Below are positions 24,453 through 36,744 of a stretch of DNA of 64,000 nucleotides, piece after piece; position 1 is the stretch's first letter; each line of letters opens with the position of its first letter. Origin of the DNA: Eledone cirrhosa (taxonomy: Eukaryota); assembly GCA_964016885.1 (NCBI GenBank), contig OZ024741.1, positions 223,448,001-223,512,000 on the forward strand, given 5' to 3'. The notes beneath the pieces are model-generated. The model worked only from the letters and a program-made list of their open reading frames with translations, was not told where the DNA came from and searched no databases. The position numbers and the translations under genes are program-made.

Positions 24453-25445
24453 ATGGTCAACTTTGACTTGCATCCTTCTAGGGTTGATAAAATAAAGTAC
24501 CAGTCAAGTATTGGAGTTCATATAATCGGCTTCCCCCTCTTCACTGGCCTTGTGCCTAAAGTAAAAATCATTATTGGTAATCAGGCTCAGTAGACCTGGG
24601 AGGGAGAGAGACAAATAGTTGTCATCTGTCCTAAGTCTCACAGAAGTGTCAATGGCCATATATTTATTTATTTCATGTTTTTATGCTGGCATGGGTTGGG
24701 CGAGATGTTATGAGTCAATGTTTTATAGTCAGATGCCCTTCTTGATGCCAAAGATTGGTTTTTCAAAGAGGAACAGTAGAGAACCACAGTTAAATAAGGT
24801 ACTCAAAACATTTATTTCAAATAATGAAACAGTTCTAACCCTGTAGAAATCATTTCTATATGAAATATATGCATGTATGTGTGTATACAGGTTGCTCTCA
24901 AGTGCTACTGGTAACATGTAACCCAATACAACCTGTCTCATGGTCAGGTCGTTGGCGACTAAACGTGCAACCCCACCAAGCTAGCTTGGTGAGGAGGGTG
25001 ATATTTGGACACCCTGTGGGATGAAATACAAGACCCGGGAAAAGGCGGAGGAACTCAGCAGAGTCAACGGCCATCCAAATAGTACTTTTTTTTATTTTTT
25101 ACCTGGGAGTGAAAGGCCCCCAGTTGTCACAACACCTTTCTAAGAGAGAGAAACTTTGAAAAAAAACCCTGCGGCTTTGGAAGCACCCGATGATGTTGAC
25201 CAGTTCTCCTTTTCGGGTAGCGTTTTCGATGTTCAGAGAGTGGGAGTGGTCGAGTGCAAGGCCTTTCCCCACTTAAAAATCCTTCAAAGCACAGGCATTG
25301 CTTGTTCAGGATATGCTGCAGGTTTGCATCCAACATGTGTATATGTGTGTGTTTATGTGTGTCTGGGTGTGTATGTATATATATTTATATCTATATGCAT
25401 GTATGTATATAAATATATGTGCATATATAAAAATTATTAATTTTT

Positions 25446-25481
<36 letters not shown>

Positions 25482-26371
25482 AAAAGAAAGCGAGGTTTTA
25501 CATTCCCCTCTCCCCATACACAAATCAGCCACCCCTACCCCTTACTTATCACCCTGCCAAATCACCAGATACACCTATAACTTCATACCTATCTCTCTCC
25601 CCTGTCGCCCCCCTCCACAGAGCAGTGAGAGCTCTATGGTTAAATCTATGACCAACAATCTTCCTAGTGAAAGTGCCTCAAAAATGCACCCAGTATGCTC
25701 TGTAAAAGTGTTTGGCAATGGAAAGGGCACCCCACTAGAGAAACCATCCCTAAAAGGGTTGAGAGGACCCTTCAGTTGTATCAAAGACACAACAACCTCT
25801 CTAGTATTGCTGTTCTACAAGAGAAACACACCCAGTAAACACTGTAAAGTGGTTGGTGATAGGAAGGGCATCCAGCTGTAGAAAGCTTTCAACACAAAAG
25901 ATTGGGAGGACCCTTTAGTTGTGTCGACACACCCAGTACATGCTGTAAAGTGGGTGGTGATAGAAAGGGAACCCAAGCACAGCAAGCTTGTCAAACAAGG
26001 GGCTGGAAGGAACTCTCAGTTTGTGTCAAAAGACACAACTTCTCTGCACTCAGTAGAATGTATGCCCATATGTCTTTATAGACCTGTCCAACACTTGCTA
26101 GCTGGGAAAACAGACATACAATGATGGTGGTGGTGGTGGTGGTGGTGGTGGTGGTGGTGGCAGCAGCGGCGTTCATTTAACGTCTATCTTGCATACTAGC
26201 ATGGGTTAGACAGGTTTGTCCCATTTGAGGCAAGTTCGGTCCTCTGACCATGTCTCACTCGTATAGGACTGTTTCTGGCTGGTTTTCTACGGGTGGATGT
26301 TCTTCCTAATGCCAACCACATTTACAGTGGGGACTGGGTGCTTTTGTCATGACACATGGCTTAGTGGTTAG

Positions 26372-27235
26372 TGGAGGCACATGGCTTAGTGGTTAGAGCA
26401 TTGGCCTTGCAATCGAAAGGTTGTGAGTTCAATTCTCAGACCAGGTAATGTGTTGTTTCCTTGAGCAAGACACTTTATTTCACATTGCTCCAGTTTACTC
26501 AGCTGTAGAAATGAGATGATAGGGACTGGGGTCCCTATCATTCCACTGCAAAGTGGTCGTGGAGGTGCCACGGCAAAAAAGCACCCAGCACTCACTGTAA
26601 ATGAGGTTGGTGTTAGGAAGGGCATCCAGCTGTAGATATCAAGCCAAAATCAGTTCCCGTCCCACCCTTGCAAGCAGGGGAAAAGTGGACGTAAAATGAA
26701 ATGATGATGATGATGATGACCTACATGAACACTTTACACTTTACAGTGGGGGCTGGATGTTTTGTGGTACCAAAATGTTGATGATGATAATATATATATA
26801 TGCACACATTCAGATATATACATACATACACATATATATATACATACACATATGAATACATACATACATATTTATATATATATATTATGTGGAGGCACAT
26901 GGCTTAGTGGTTAGAGCATTGGGCTTGCAATCGAAAGGTTGTGAGTTAAATTCTCAGACCAGGTGATGTGTTGTTTCCTTGAGCAAGACACTTTATTTCA
27001 TATTGCCCCAGTTTACTCAGCTGTAGAAATGAGATGATAGGGACTGGTGTCCTTATCATTCCACTGTAAAGTGGTCGTGGAGGTGCCACGGTAAAAAAAG
27101 CACCCAGCACTCACTGTAAATGAGGTTGGTGTTAGGAAGGGCATCCAGCTGTAGAAATCAAACCAGAATCAGTTCCCGTCCCACCCTTGCAAGCAGGGAA
27201 AAGCGGACGTAAAATGAAATGATGATGAATGATGA
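26372..27235 (+). mobile_element. Two CORE-like SINE family B copies (26372-26718, 26891-27235)
   Basis: tRNA-like head ggaggcacatggcttagtggttagagc...gagttcaattc, CORE-like domain, 11-bp hairpin, RTE-derived tail ending in (TGA)n. Confidence 0.9.
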
Positions 27236-27750
27236 TTAAATAGAGCTTTCACTGGGATGATCTTTGGTGTTATGCAGAAGACGCGCATAAGACACTTCCC
27301 ATAGGCATGGACGCAAACATACATCTAGTAGGCACCCAGCACTCGCTGCAAATGTGATTGGCGTTAGGAAGGGTATCCAACCGTAGAAACCTAGCCTGAA
27401 AGAGTTCTAAATGAGCAAGACACGGTCACCTGACCCGACTTGCCTCTAATGGGACAACGTGTCTAACCCATGCTAGCATGGAAAATGGACATTAAACAAT
27501 GATGATGATGTATATATATATATATATAGAGAGAGAGAGTGAGAGAGAGAAATTTACAAAATTATTATTTAAAACACCACATTCCAGAAGAGTAGGAATA
27601 TCATTTATTGCATAACACTGACACATGTTTCTTTGTATGTGTTACATATCAGTCTAAGATCGCTAATATTTGACACCTTCAATCAAATTAAATCGAATCC
27701 AACTACTTAAAAATCATATGTAGACACAGAAAATGTTCAAAGTGGAATCC

Positions 27751-28662
27751 ACTTGAGGACACGTGTTTCATCTAAAAGAGGATTACTCAACTCATGAGAA
27801 CAGAAGTATTTATGGACTGGATGGATTCTGCACAGATGTCAGTATTTTTTTCCGTGACAAGAGATGTAACTCAAGGAGGACTGTTGTTGAGGAGACAACT
27901 TTTGAAGAATCCCTTGTAATAGTTCAGCCCTGGTTAACCCTTTATCATTTACAAGGAAACAACACAGACCGGGTGATGTGTTGTTTCCTTGAGCAAGACA
28001 CTTTATTTCACATTGCTCCAGTTTACTCAGCTGTAGAAATGAGATGATAGGGACTGGGGTCCCTATCATTCCACTGCAAAGTGGTCGTGGAGGTGCCACG
28101 GCAAAAAAGCACCCAGCACTCACTGTAAATGAGGTTGGTGTTAGGAAGGGCATCCAGCTGTAGAAATCAAGCCAGAATCAGTTCCCGTCCCACCCTTGCA
28201 AGCAGGGAAAAACGGACGTAAAATGATGATGATGATTACTCTATATTTACTATTGTATTATCACAGTAAGCACTTTATTTTACATAATCATCTCACAGAA
28301 TATCGAATCTATGAGATTTAGATATTATTTATTTTGAGAATAATACCTTAACATAAGTATGAGCAGCCAGTTTGAACAGAAAGAGAGGAAAGAATTCTGG
28401 CTAGATACAACCGGTTTAAATTTCCTAAGGGTTAATCTTCTGGTTATCCCGGGTCCTTCTAGCCATGCAATAAAAAACAGAAGTGATCGTTCTTCGAAAG
28501 TTATCTCCCCAACAACAGTTCTACACAAGTTAACTCCCTTGTCATGGAAACAAATACTGACATCTTCTGCACAGAATCCATCCAGCCCATAAATACTTTC
28601 ATCTCACTATAATCATATCAAATTGAATAATACTTTTTTTAGGTGAAACACGTGCCTCAAGT
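27751..28662. mobile_element. Three-level nest: foldback MITE > TTAA MITE (27938-28431) > truncated SINE B (about 27952-28236)
   Basis: About 160-bp imperfect terminal inverted repeats (acttgaggacacgtgtttca...tgaaacacgtgcctcaagt); TTAA at 27934-27937 and 28432-28435; the SINE interrupts the MITE sequence that is intact at 56187. Confidence 0.8.
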
Positions 28663-28702
28663 ATATGTTTCTTGTGGATTTAACTCTCTCTCTGTACATA
28701 TA

Positions 28703-28800
<98 letters not shown>

Positions 28801-29261
28801 AGTATGTATACTTATATATATATATATATATATATATTGGTGCACCCGGCCGATTAACTCACTCGATATGCAAATTAGGCTTCTCAGCCGTTAATATGCA
28901 TAAGGAAAGTATATACTTTCAGACGTTCAATCATCTGGCATGAAGGTATACGGTGCTGATGATAGCTAATAAGCTTGAAACTAGTACATCGTTCCTTTGT
29001 CAGTGTTGAACAAAAGGGCAACGATGGTTGCTAGACATTGTATGGCTTAATTCGGGATGTTTGTTTACAAACAAACCGAGCATTATAATAAATGTTCAGT
29101 AAATCCATACGTACATATATATATATGTGTGCATGTATGTATATATATATATATACATACTACTATATGTCTGTATACATATATGTATGTACGTATACAT
29201 ACTTATATTTAAGTAACAACCGTACTAAGAGTGAGAAATGAAATTTTGTTTCATTTTTTCC

Positions 29262-29308
<47 letters not shown>

Positions 29309-29754
29309 CACACTTAGACATGCAGGGGTTTTCTTTTAAACTATATATATATAATAATAAGTGGTTCAGTAGAGAGGTGGTTTACTGAGGAAGGTAACAA
29401 AATCAGCACTCTATGCTAAGGCAGAGTGTATATATTTCTGAGTTTAAATTTTGTTATGGTAAACATTACTTTTTATCTTTCCAAGCTCAATAAAAGAGAT
29501 TAGCAGTTAATCACTAGGGTAGGTAATCAACATATCCCTCCTAGAAATAGCTGGCCTTATGCCAAAATCAGTGTACAGGTTAGTGGATTGACAGAGTATC
29601 AGAGAAAATGTCTTGCAGAATTTAGTTCCAGCTCTTTACATTCTGAGGTCAATAAAATAACATACCTGTCATTTACTAAGGTTGACTTCATCAACTAATC
29701 CTCCTACTTAATTGCTGGCCTCATGCTGTAATTAGAAACTATTATTAGTATCTG

Positions 29755-30010
29755 TGTTCAAATCCCGCCGAGGTTGACTTTGCCTTTCATCCTTACGGGG
29801 TCGATAAAATAAAGTACCAGTAACGCACTGGGTAATTGCTGGCCTTGTGCCTAAAGTAGAAACAATTATTAGTATTACGGCCCTTTATGGTCTGAGTTCA
29901 AATCCCGCCGAGGTGAACTTTGCCTTTCATCCTTATGGGGTCGATAAAATAAAGTACCAGTAATACACTGGGTAATTGCTGGCCTTGTGCCAAAAGTAGA
30001 AACAATTATT
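29755..30010 (+). mobile_element. Two tandem 5'-truncated SINE A copies
   Basis: Two consecutive gttcaaatcccgccgagg...agaaacaattattagtatta units. Confidence 0.85.
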
Positions 30011-30468
30011 AGTATTATTGATTGTGGATTAGCAGACTCTTTAGAGAGGTGAACAAAATTATTGTTGTTGTTGTTCTATTGGCAGACTCTTTAGAGAGGT
30101 GAACAAAATTATTGTTGTTGTTGTTCTATTGGCAGACTCTTTAGAGAGGTGAACAAAATTGGTGTTGTTGTTGTTGGATTAGCAAGCTCTTTATAGAGAC
30201 AAATGAAATTATTGTTGCTATTGTTGTTAATAATGGAAAATTCTAAGAGTGTCAGACAAAATGCCTTGCAGTATTTGTTTCTTTGATATCTTCAGTAATA
30301 ACATGAATAAACTAAATTCCTTCCATATATTCCCCTCTGCTGTTTTGCACTATAATAAAGAGTCTATTCATTTTTTTTTTTTTTTTTCTCTCAATATTCC
30401 CTTTCTTTCATTTTTTTCTATTACTCTCGGTATTCCTTTTGTTTCATTTTTTTCTTTTCCTCTTACAG

Positions 30469-30977
30469 CCGCAGTGAAAAACACTCGTCACAACCACTAC
30501 AAGAAGATGAAGCAGCCTCCTAGGTTAGCTTTGAAAATCACACCTATTAATGACATCGAACAAACGATCATATCAGTACGCAAGCTACAGAACAATGAAC
30601 TGAGAAATATGAATGGGGATCTCATGATTCAAATTGAGAAGCAGAAAGAGGAAATACGATTGTTGAAGCGAATGGGATTTCGGCAAGCGAAAATCATTGA
30701 GAAATTCGATAGCAACAAAAGCAACCTTCCAAACCTGATCGATTCACACAACAAAGAATTGAAGGTTCTCAGGGAACAGCTACGGATTCAGAAACTTCGT
30801 TATCGGAAATCAGAAGAATCTCTGCGGGAGTCTGATGGCGAATTAGAACGAACAAAAAATAGGTTGAACAAGTACAAGATGCTTCTTGATGAGGAACAAC
30901 TGGTTGACAGGGCTGAGCTTAGTCGGAAGTTGGGTCTTGCAGAACAGAGGTTAGAAGAAACAGAGAAACAGATTCAG
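30469..30977 (+). CDS. LCA5: Lebercilin gene exon encoding the start of the lebercilin coiled-coil domain
   Basis: Long pyrimidine tract then tcttacag acceptor; donor CAG|gtaaag. Translation IISVRKLQNNELRN...RQAKIIEKFDSNKSNLPNLIDSHNKELKVLREQLR...LVDRAELSRKL resembles the LCA5/LCA5L lebercilin domain as I recall it (RILSARL...KYE...LPQ...H.NE...LR...L.EREEL). Confidence 0.9.
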
Positions 30978-32292
30978 GTAAAGCTTAGATTTGTCTAGAT
31001 CTTCTATGTATTTTTCACCTTATTGTTCTGAGGACAGTAGATTGGCAGAATCGGTAGAGCATCAGACAATATGCTTCGCAGCATATAGATACATCCCTTT
31101 ACGTTCTGAGTTCAAATCCCGCTGAGATTAGCTTTGCCTTTCAACCTTATGGGGTCAATAAAATAAAGTACCAGTCACACTCTGGGGTCGATTTAATCAA
31201 CTTTTCCCTCTCCCCAAAATTATTGGCCTTGTGCCTAAATCAGAAACCATTATTGTTGTTCTGGCACTTTACATTCTGAGTTCAAATCCCACCAAGGTCA
31301 ACTTTGCCTATCATCCTTCAGAGATCGATAATCATCATCATTTTACATCCATACCACAGACTAGGCTCAAAATAATTGACTTCTTCTTCCCCTTAAATTG
31401 ATGGTGCTGCCTTGGAAATTTAATTGATTGTAAAGGTAACAGCCACAGATTAATGACAAGAATCGTTTTCATCATCATCAGTGGTATCATTATTCTCACC
31501 TCTTCCTTCTTCCTCTTTCTCCTTCTCTTCTTTCTATTTCTTCTCCCCATCATCATCATCACCAACATCACAATCACTATTGTTATCAGCATCAATATTG
31601 GCTACATCACAACTTTGCCTTTCATCCTTCTGCGGGTGGGCAATAAAGTACCAGTCAAATATGGAGGTTGATTTAATGAACTTTGTCTGACACACACACA
31701 CAGGTTTGCTGGTTTTGTGCTTAAATTAGAAATCAATATATGTTGCTATGTCAGCAACATAATTAATGCATCCTCTCTACTAAAACTACCACTCCCTTAT
31801 CATTGCCATTGTCCCCATCACCAACATTAATGTGGTTGATAGTTCCCGTTCTCCTCATCACCACAATCATCATCATTGCCACCACTAGCACCATCACCAA
31901 CAACATCACCACTACAATCACAACCACAACTGCCATGTGATCATGTCATAGCTATTTCAGCTGTAATTATATCATTGCTATTTCCGTAGTGATATGAGAA
32001 TGCCAGACACTAATGTTTCAAAATTTCTTATTCTCAATCAGTGATACTTACTCACTACTGAGATGAGAGTAAGCTATAGCTTTATATACATTTTGTGTAT
32101 AAAACATCTCCTGGAAATGCTTATTTGCATATAGTCCAGCTTGACTAGCATTAGCACTAAGAGTTCTTGCTAATTAAACTACCATAACATCTGTCTTTTT
32201 CTCCCACACATCCTTTGTGTTAGTGTACAACCACCATAACATCTGCCTTTTCCTCCCTAACACATCCTTACTTCTACTCTTCAATATGCCAG

Positions 32293-32430
32293 AACTTACA
32301 GAATCATATAGAACATTTGGTAAAGAACCACAAACACGAGATCAATATTGAGAAGAACCAAAACAAGAAGCTGAAGGCTTCCTTACAATCTCTGGAAGAG
32401 AAATATGGTCAGATAGAACTGCAACTTTTG
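32293..32430 (+). CDS. LCA5: Lebercilin gene exon (coiled coil, 46 codons)
   Basis: tgccag acceptor and TTG|gtaagt donor; 138 nt, phase 0-0. NLQNHIEHLVKNHKHEINIEKNQNKKLKASLQSLEEKYGQIELQLL continues the coiled coil. Not present in the ORF track. Confidence 0.85.
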
Positions 32431-32657
32431 GTAAGTAGTTCTTTTATATCTTAACCTTTCATGACCATATTTCTAATGAAATACACACTGTTTTAGTTAA
32501 AGAACAATTTTGAGGAATTTTCTAGAATTATTAGTTATTTTCTTACTAAGATAATAACATAAAATATGGATCTTATCGAAATTTATAATAAAAATAATAA
32601 TGAAATTATTGTATACAGTGCTCAGGTGTACTACAACTCATTAAAGGTGCATGTATA

Positions 32658-34868
32658 TCAGCATCATCATCATCATCATCATTATACATCCACTTTTCCC
32701 TGCTTGCAAAGGTGGGACAGGTCTTATTCAGCACAGCATCTTCTCCACTTGTCACGGTCCTTCGTCATCTCAACCATGAGCTTCAGCAATCTGAGGTCTG
32801 TTCTCACCACCTCCGCCCATGTTTTCGGTGGTCTACCTCTACCACGTCTTCCTTCAACTGGCATTTCCTGGCACTTCTTCACCCATCGGTCATCCTCCAT
32901 GCACATCACATGTCCATACCACCGCAGTCTCCTCTCTCGCACTCTACATTCTATCCCTCTCAGACACAGTTTGTCTCTCATCACATCCATGCTAGGTCAT
33001 TCACGCACATTGACATTGCACATCCAACGGAGCATGCTTACCTCATTTCACTCCAACCATCGCATATCCTCTGCAGTTGTTGCCCAAGTCTCACTACCAA
33101 GCAGCATCACGCTCCTCACACAGACATCATATAACCGGCCTTTCATACGCCGGGAGAAACCCTTCTTCGTCAGCAGAGGCAGCAGCTCCCTAAACTTCTT
33201 CCAACCCATCCTTATTCTAGATACTATGGCCTCGGAACACCCCCCCCTCCCATGCTAATCTGATCTCCTAGGTACCGGAAGCTATCAAACACTTCTATAG
33301 CACCCACCTGCATTTGAAAAATGTGTCTATCAATGCGACTTCTACTGTCTAATTTCCCTGTACATCTACTGCATATGTATTTCTCCCTACCTGTTAGTTT
33401 GCCTGCTGTCCCACTACATCTCTTGTGTACCCAAGATCTGCATTGTGTGCATTGAATAGTTCCTTTTCTGTATATCGAACATGGCCATTTTCCTGATGGA
33501 ATCAGAGTTTTGTCCTCTTTTCTACTCATCAACACTTTTGTCTTAGCTAGGTTCACTCTCAGTCCTCTTGCTTCCAACTGCTGTTTCCATAGCCAGAATT
33601 TATTCTCTAGCTCCGCTACTGATTCTGCTATAAGAACCAGATCGTCAGCATAGAGAAGTTCCCATGGACAGCCAGTCTTAAACTCCTCTGTTATAGCTTG
33701 GAGGACTATAATGAACAAGAGTGGGCTGAGGACCGAACCTTGATGTACTCCTACTTGTATCTGGAATTCCTCACTAAACTCCATTCCTACCCTCACTTTA
33801 CTGACAGCACCTCTGTACAAAGTTTTCACTATCCTCACAAGCCATTCCTCAACACCTAGTTTCCTTAGGGACCACCAGATGACAGATCGGAGTACCCTAT
33901 CAAAGGCCTTCTCTAGGTCAACAAAAGCTATGTATAGTGGCTTATTTTTCTCTAAGAACCACTCTTGTAATTGTCTCACCAAGAAGAGGGCGTCTGTTGT
34001 ACTTTTTCCAGGCACAAAAACAAACTGCATCTCATCTAGTTTGACCCTTTCTCTAATTAGTTGTGCTAATATCCTTTCTGCCACTTTCAGAACCTGATCC
34101 ATCAGTTTTATACCCCTATAATTGCTCCTCTCCAGAGCATCTCCTTTACCCTTGTAGCAATTTATGAGAATACTGCTGCACCAGTCTTTGGGTATGACAC
34201 CGCCATATATAACCTAATTGATGAAGTGTGCAACCAATTTAGTGCCTAAGTCCCCTGATGCCTTCAGCATCTCAGCAACTATCTCCGACAGTCCAGCAGC
34301 CTTACCATTTTTCATTTCCCTAATCGCCTCTTGGACCCTATATTCATCAATCTCAATAGCTGGTCTCTCTGTCAGATCTACTGGGGTAATTTCTCTCTCT
34401 CCCATTCGTTCTCCACATTCATCAGTCTCTCATAATGACATTTCTAGGCCTCCTTTTTCTGATCATTCGTACACCAGCGTCATTCCGGACACATTTATCT
34501 CCAACAACATCCTGATTTGCATTGTCACACTGCCTTGCAATGTGGAACACCGCACGCCTCTGATCTTCCCATCGCAGAACATTGGCAAACCTCCTACTCT
34601 CAGCCTCCCTGCATGCTAAGTACACCAGATGTCTAGCTTCTCTCTTAGCGTCTGTATATCCTTCTCTACTCCCATCCTTTTTTCAAGCCTTCCATGCTAG
34701 TCTTTTGTCTCTAATGGCCCTATCTACCATGCTGTTCCATCACCAGGTCACTCTCTGTCTGGTTGGAGCTCTGCTCCAGCCACAAGTTTCATCAGTAGCC
34801 TGCAGTAAGCTGTCACGTAAGAAATTCCAGTTATCATCTATGTCATACGACTCTAAATCGTCTTCTTT
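32658..34868 (-). mobile_element. RTE family 1 LINE (5'-truncated) nested in a CR1 3' UTR fragment (32595-32657 plus 34869-35075)
   Basis: ORF 33224-34102 has AFVDLEKAFDRV, GVHQGSVLSPLLF, LLYADDLVL; tail cccacctttgcaagcagggaaaag. The flanks rejoin into the CR1 3' UTR with tata duplicated. Confidence 0.9.
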
Positions 34869-35774
34869 TATAGTACATAGAATGATGTACACATGTCAGG
34901 AAAATTATATGCATGTGTGCGTGTATGGAGGGGGGATATCCGGTATAGTGTTGGCGAATTGCAGGAAGCATGGAGGTTTTAAAGGATGCAGTGTCTCGGC
35001 AGCTAACAACTGATGCAGGTAGTTTGTTCCATGTTTCAGCAACTCTGAGCGTGAAAAAATGTTTCCGAAAGTCGAGATTTTTATGTATACAGGAACACCT
35101 AAAATAGATGATTTTGTTTCATAGAACCAAAGCTGGTTCTGGTTAGGTTGGTAAGGAAAGGATTAAGCTAATTTTTTAGTCACTAAAATTGGTAAAGTAG
35201 TGTTGGTTTGTGTGTGCTGGAATAGGAATGGAAATAAAAGTTGGAAGAGGTATATGTCGTCTGTGTTGTGAAATAAAGAAGAGACTAATACTAAGAACAT
35301 GTGTCTCTCCTGCTTTTAGTGCTTTATTGGTAAACTTTGGTCTTGATTCTATACTGCCAAAACTACAGAAACCTCTTCAGATTTACTCAAACTGGTAAAA
35401 ATAGAAGCTAAATCTCCCTAAAATCACAATTAACATAACATTAACATAAGGAAAGACACATTGGGTAATGTAATTCCGGATACACTATATTTGAAAAAAA
35501 AAAGATGGAATGGTCATGGCTGGAATGCCTTTGATCATAGCTGAATGTAAGCTAAAAGAGGTATTTTGGTGGTAAGTAATTCTTTCAAGAGATTAAATAA
35601 CTGAATGAATAAACAGTTTTGCACTACCAGATTATAGGGTTTTAAGGTACATGCCTCCTCTTTGTATTTAACTGTCAGGAATAGGTAGCAGATTATTTGA
35701 GAATCTTACTTGCAAAAGGCAAAAAAGGTGTATCTCTTTCCACTGAATTCCACTAGTACTATAGATAAGCACCA

Positions 35775-36312
35775 GACTTAGTATCTAGAATAAGGACAGG
35801 TTGGAAGAAGTTTAGAGCGCTGCTTCCTCTGTTGACAAAGAAGCGTTTCTCCCTGTGAACGAACGGGTGGTTATATGATGCCTGTGTGAGATGCGCGATG
35901 CTGCATGGTAGTGAGACATGGGCAGCAACTGCGGAGGATATGCAACAGCTGGAGAGAAATGAAGCAAGCATGCTCCATCAGATATGCGTGTGTGAACAAC
36001 CAAGCATAGATGAGTTGAGAGAGAAACTGTGTATAAGAGGGCTAAGGTGTAGTGTGCGGGAGAGAAGACTGCGATGGTATGGACATGTGATGCACATGGA
36101 GGATGACTGCTAGGTAAAGAAGTGCCAAGAAATCCCAGTAGAGGAAGTCTACAAAAAACATACGCAGAGGTGGTGAGAGCAGACCTCAGATCACTGAAGC
36201 TCACAGAGGAGATGACGAAGGACCATGACAAGTGGAGAGATGCTGTGCTAAATAGGACCCGTCCCACCCTTGCAAGCAGGGAAAAGCGGATGTAAAATGA
36301 TGATGATGATGA
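35775..36312 (+). mobile_element. RTE family 1 3' fragment
   Basis: AMLHGSETW, RRLRWYGHV; tail acccgtcccacccttgcaagcagggaaaagcggatgtaaaa(tga)n. Confidence 0.88.
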
Positions 36313-36364
36313 AGGACTGGGAATATAAAGTTGGTTGTCCAAATATATATATGTATATATATAT

Positions 36365-36598
36365 ATATTGTTATACTTTGGGAGGGTCATGTTGCCAATA
36401 AGAAACACACGCACCAGTTGCTTTCACTTCAATTTATTATAATAAATTTATAAATTTAGGAATTTATAAATTTCCGGTTGGTTGGTTGGTTCCACAACCA
36501 ACCGGAAATTTATAAATTTATTATAATAAATTGAAGTGAAAGCAACTGGTGCGTGTGTTTCTTATTGGCAACATGACTCTCCCAAAGTATAACAATAT
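36365..36598. repeat. Near-perfect 234-bp palindrome
   Basis: Arms atattgttatactttgggag...ttcaatttattataataaatttataaattt and its reverse complement, with 1 mismatch in about 90 bp. Confidence 0.92.
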
Positions 36599-36652
36599 CA
36601 GTTTCAACACACGTTTTCAGATAAAGAATCTTGCTAAACAAATTCAGAAACG

Positions 36653-36708
<56 letters not shown>

Positions 36709-36744
36709 ACCTAACTATCTGTAACACAAACTTCAAAAAATGAG

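Noticed and set aside
26372-26445. tRNA gene
   Set aside because: The A/B boxes are the head of a multicopy SINE that continues into CORE-like and RTE-derived sequence; I saw no full cloverleaf.
26516-26542. tetO-like tccctatca sequence suggesting vector contamination
   Set aside because: It is a short coincidental match within the SINE B hairpin, present in several genomic copies.
28657-28943. YIYI-rich ORFs
   Set aside because: Translations of the (AT)n microsatellite; the same applies to other simple-repeat ORFs in the window.
30249-30468. Hydrophobic N-terminus of ORF 30249-30998 as a transmembrane segment
   Set aside because: It is translated intron polypyrimidine tract upstream of the real acceptor at 30468.
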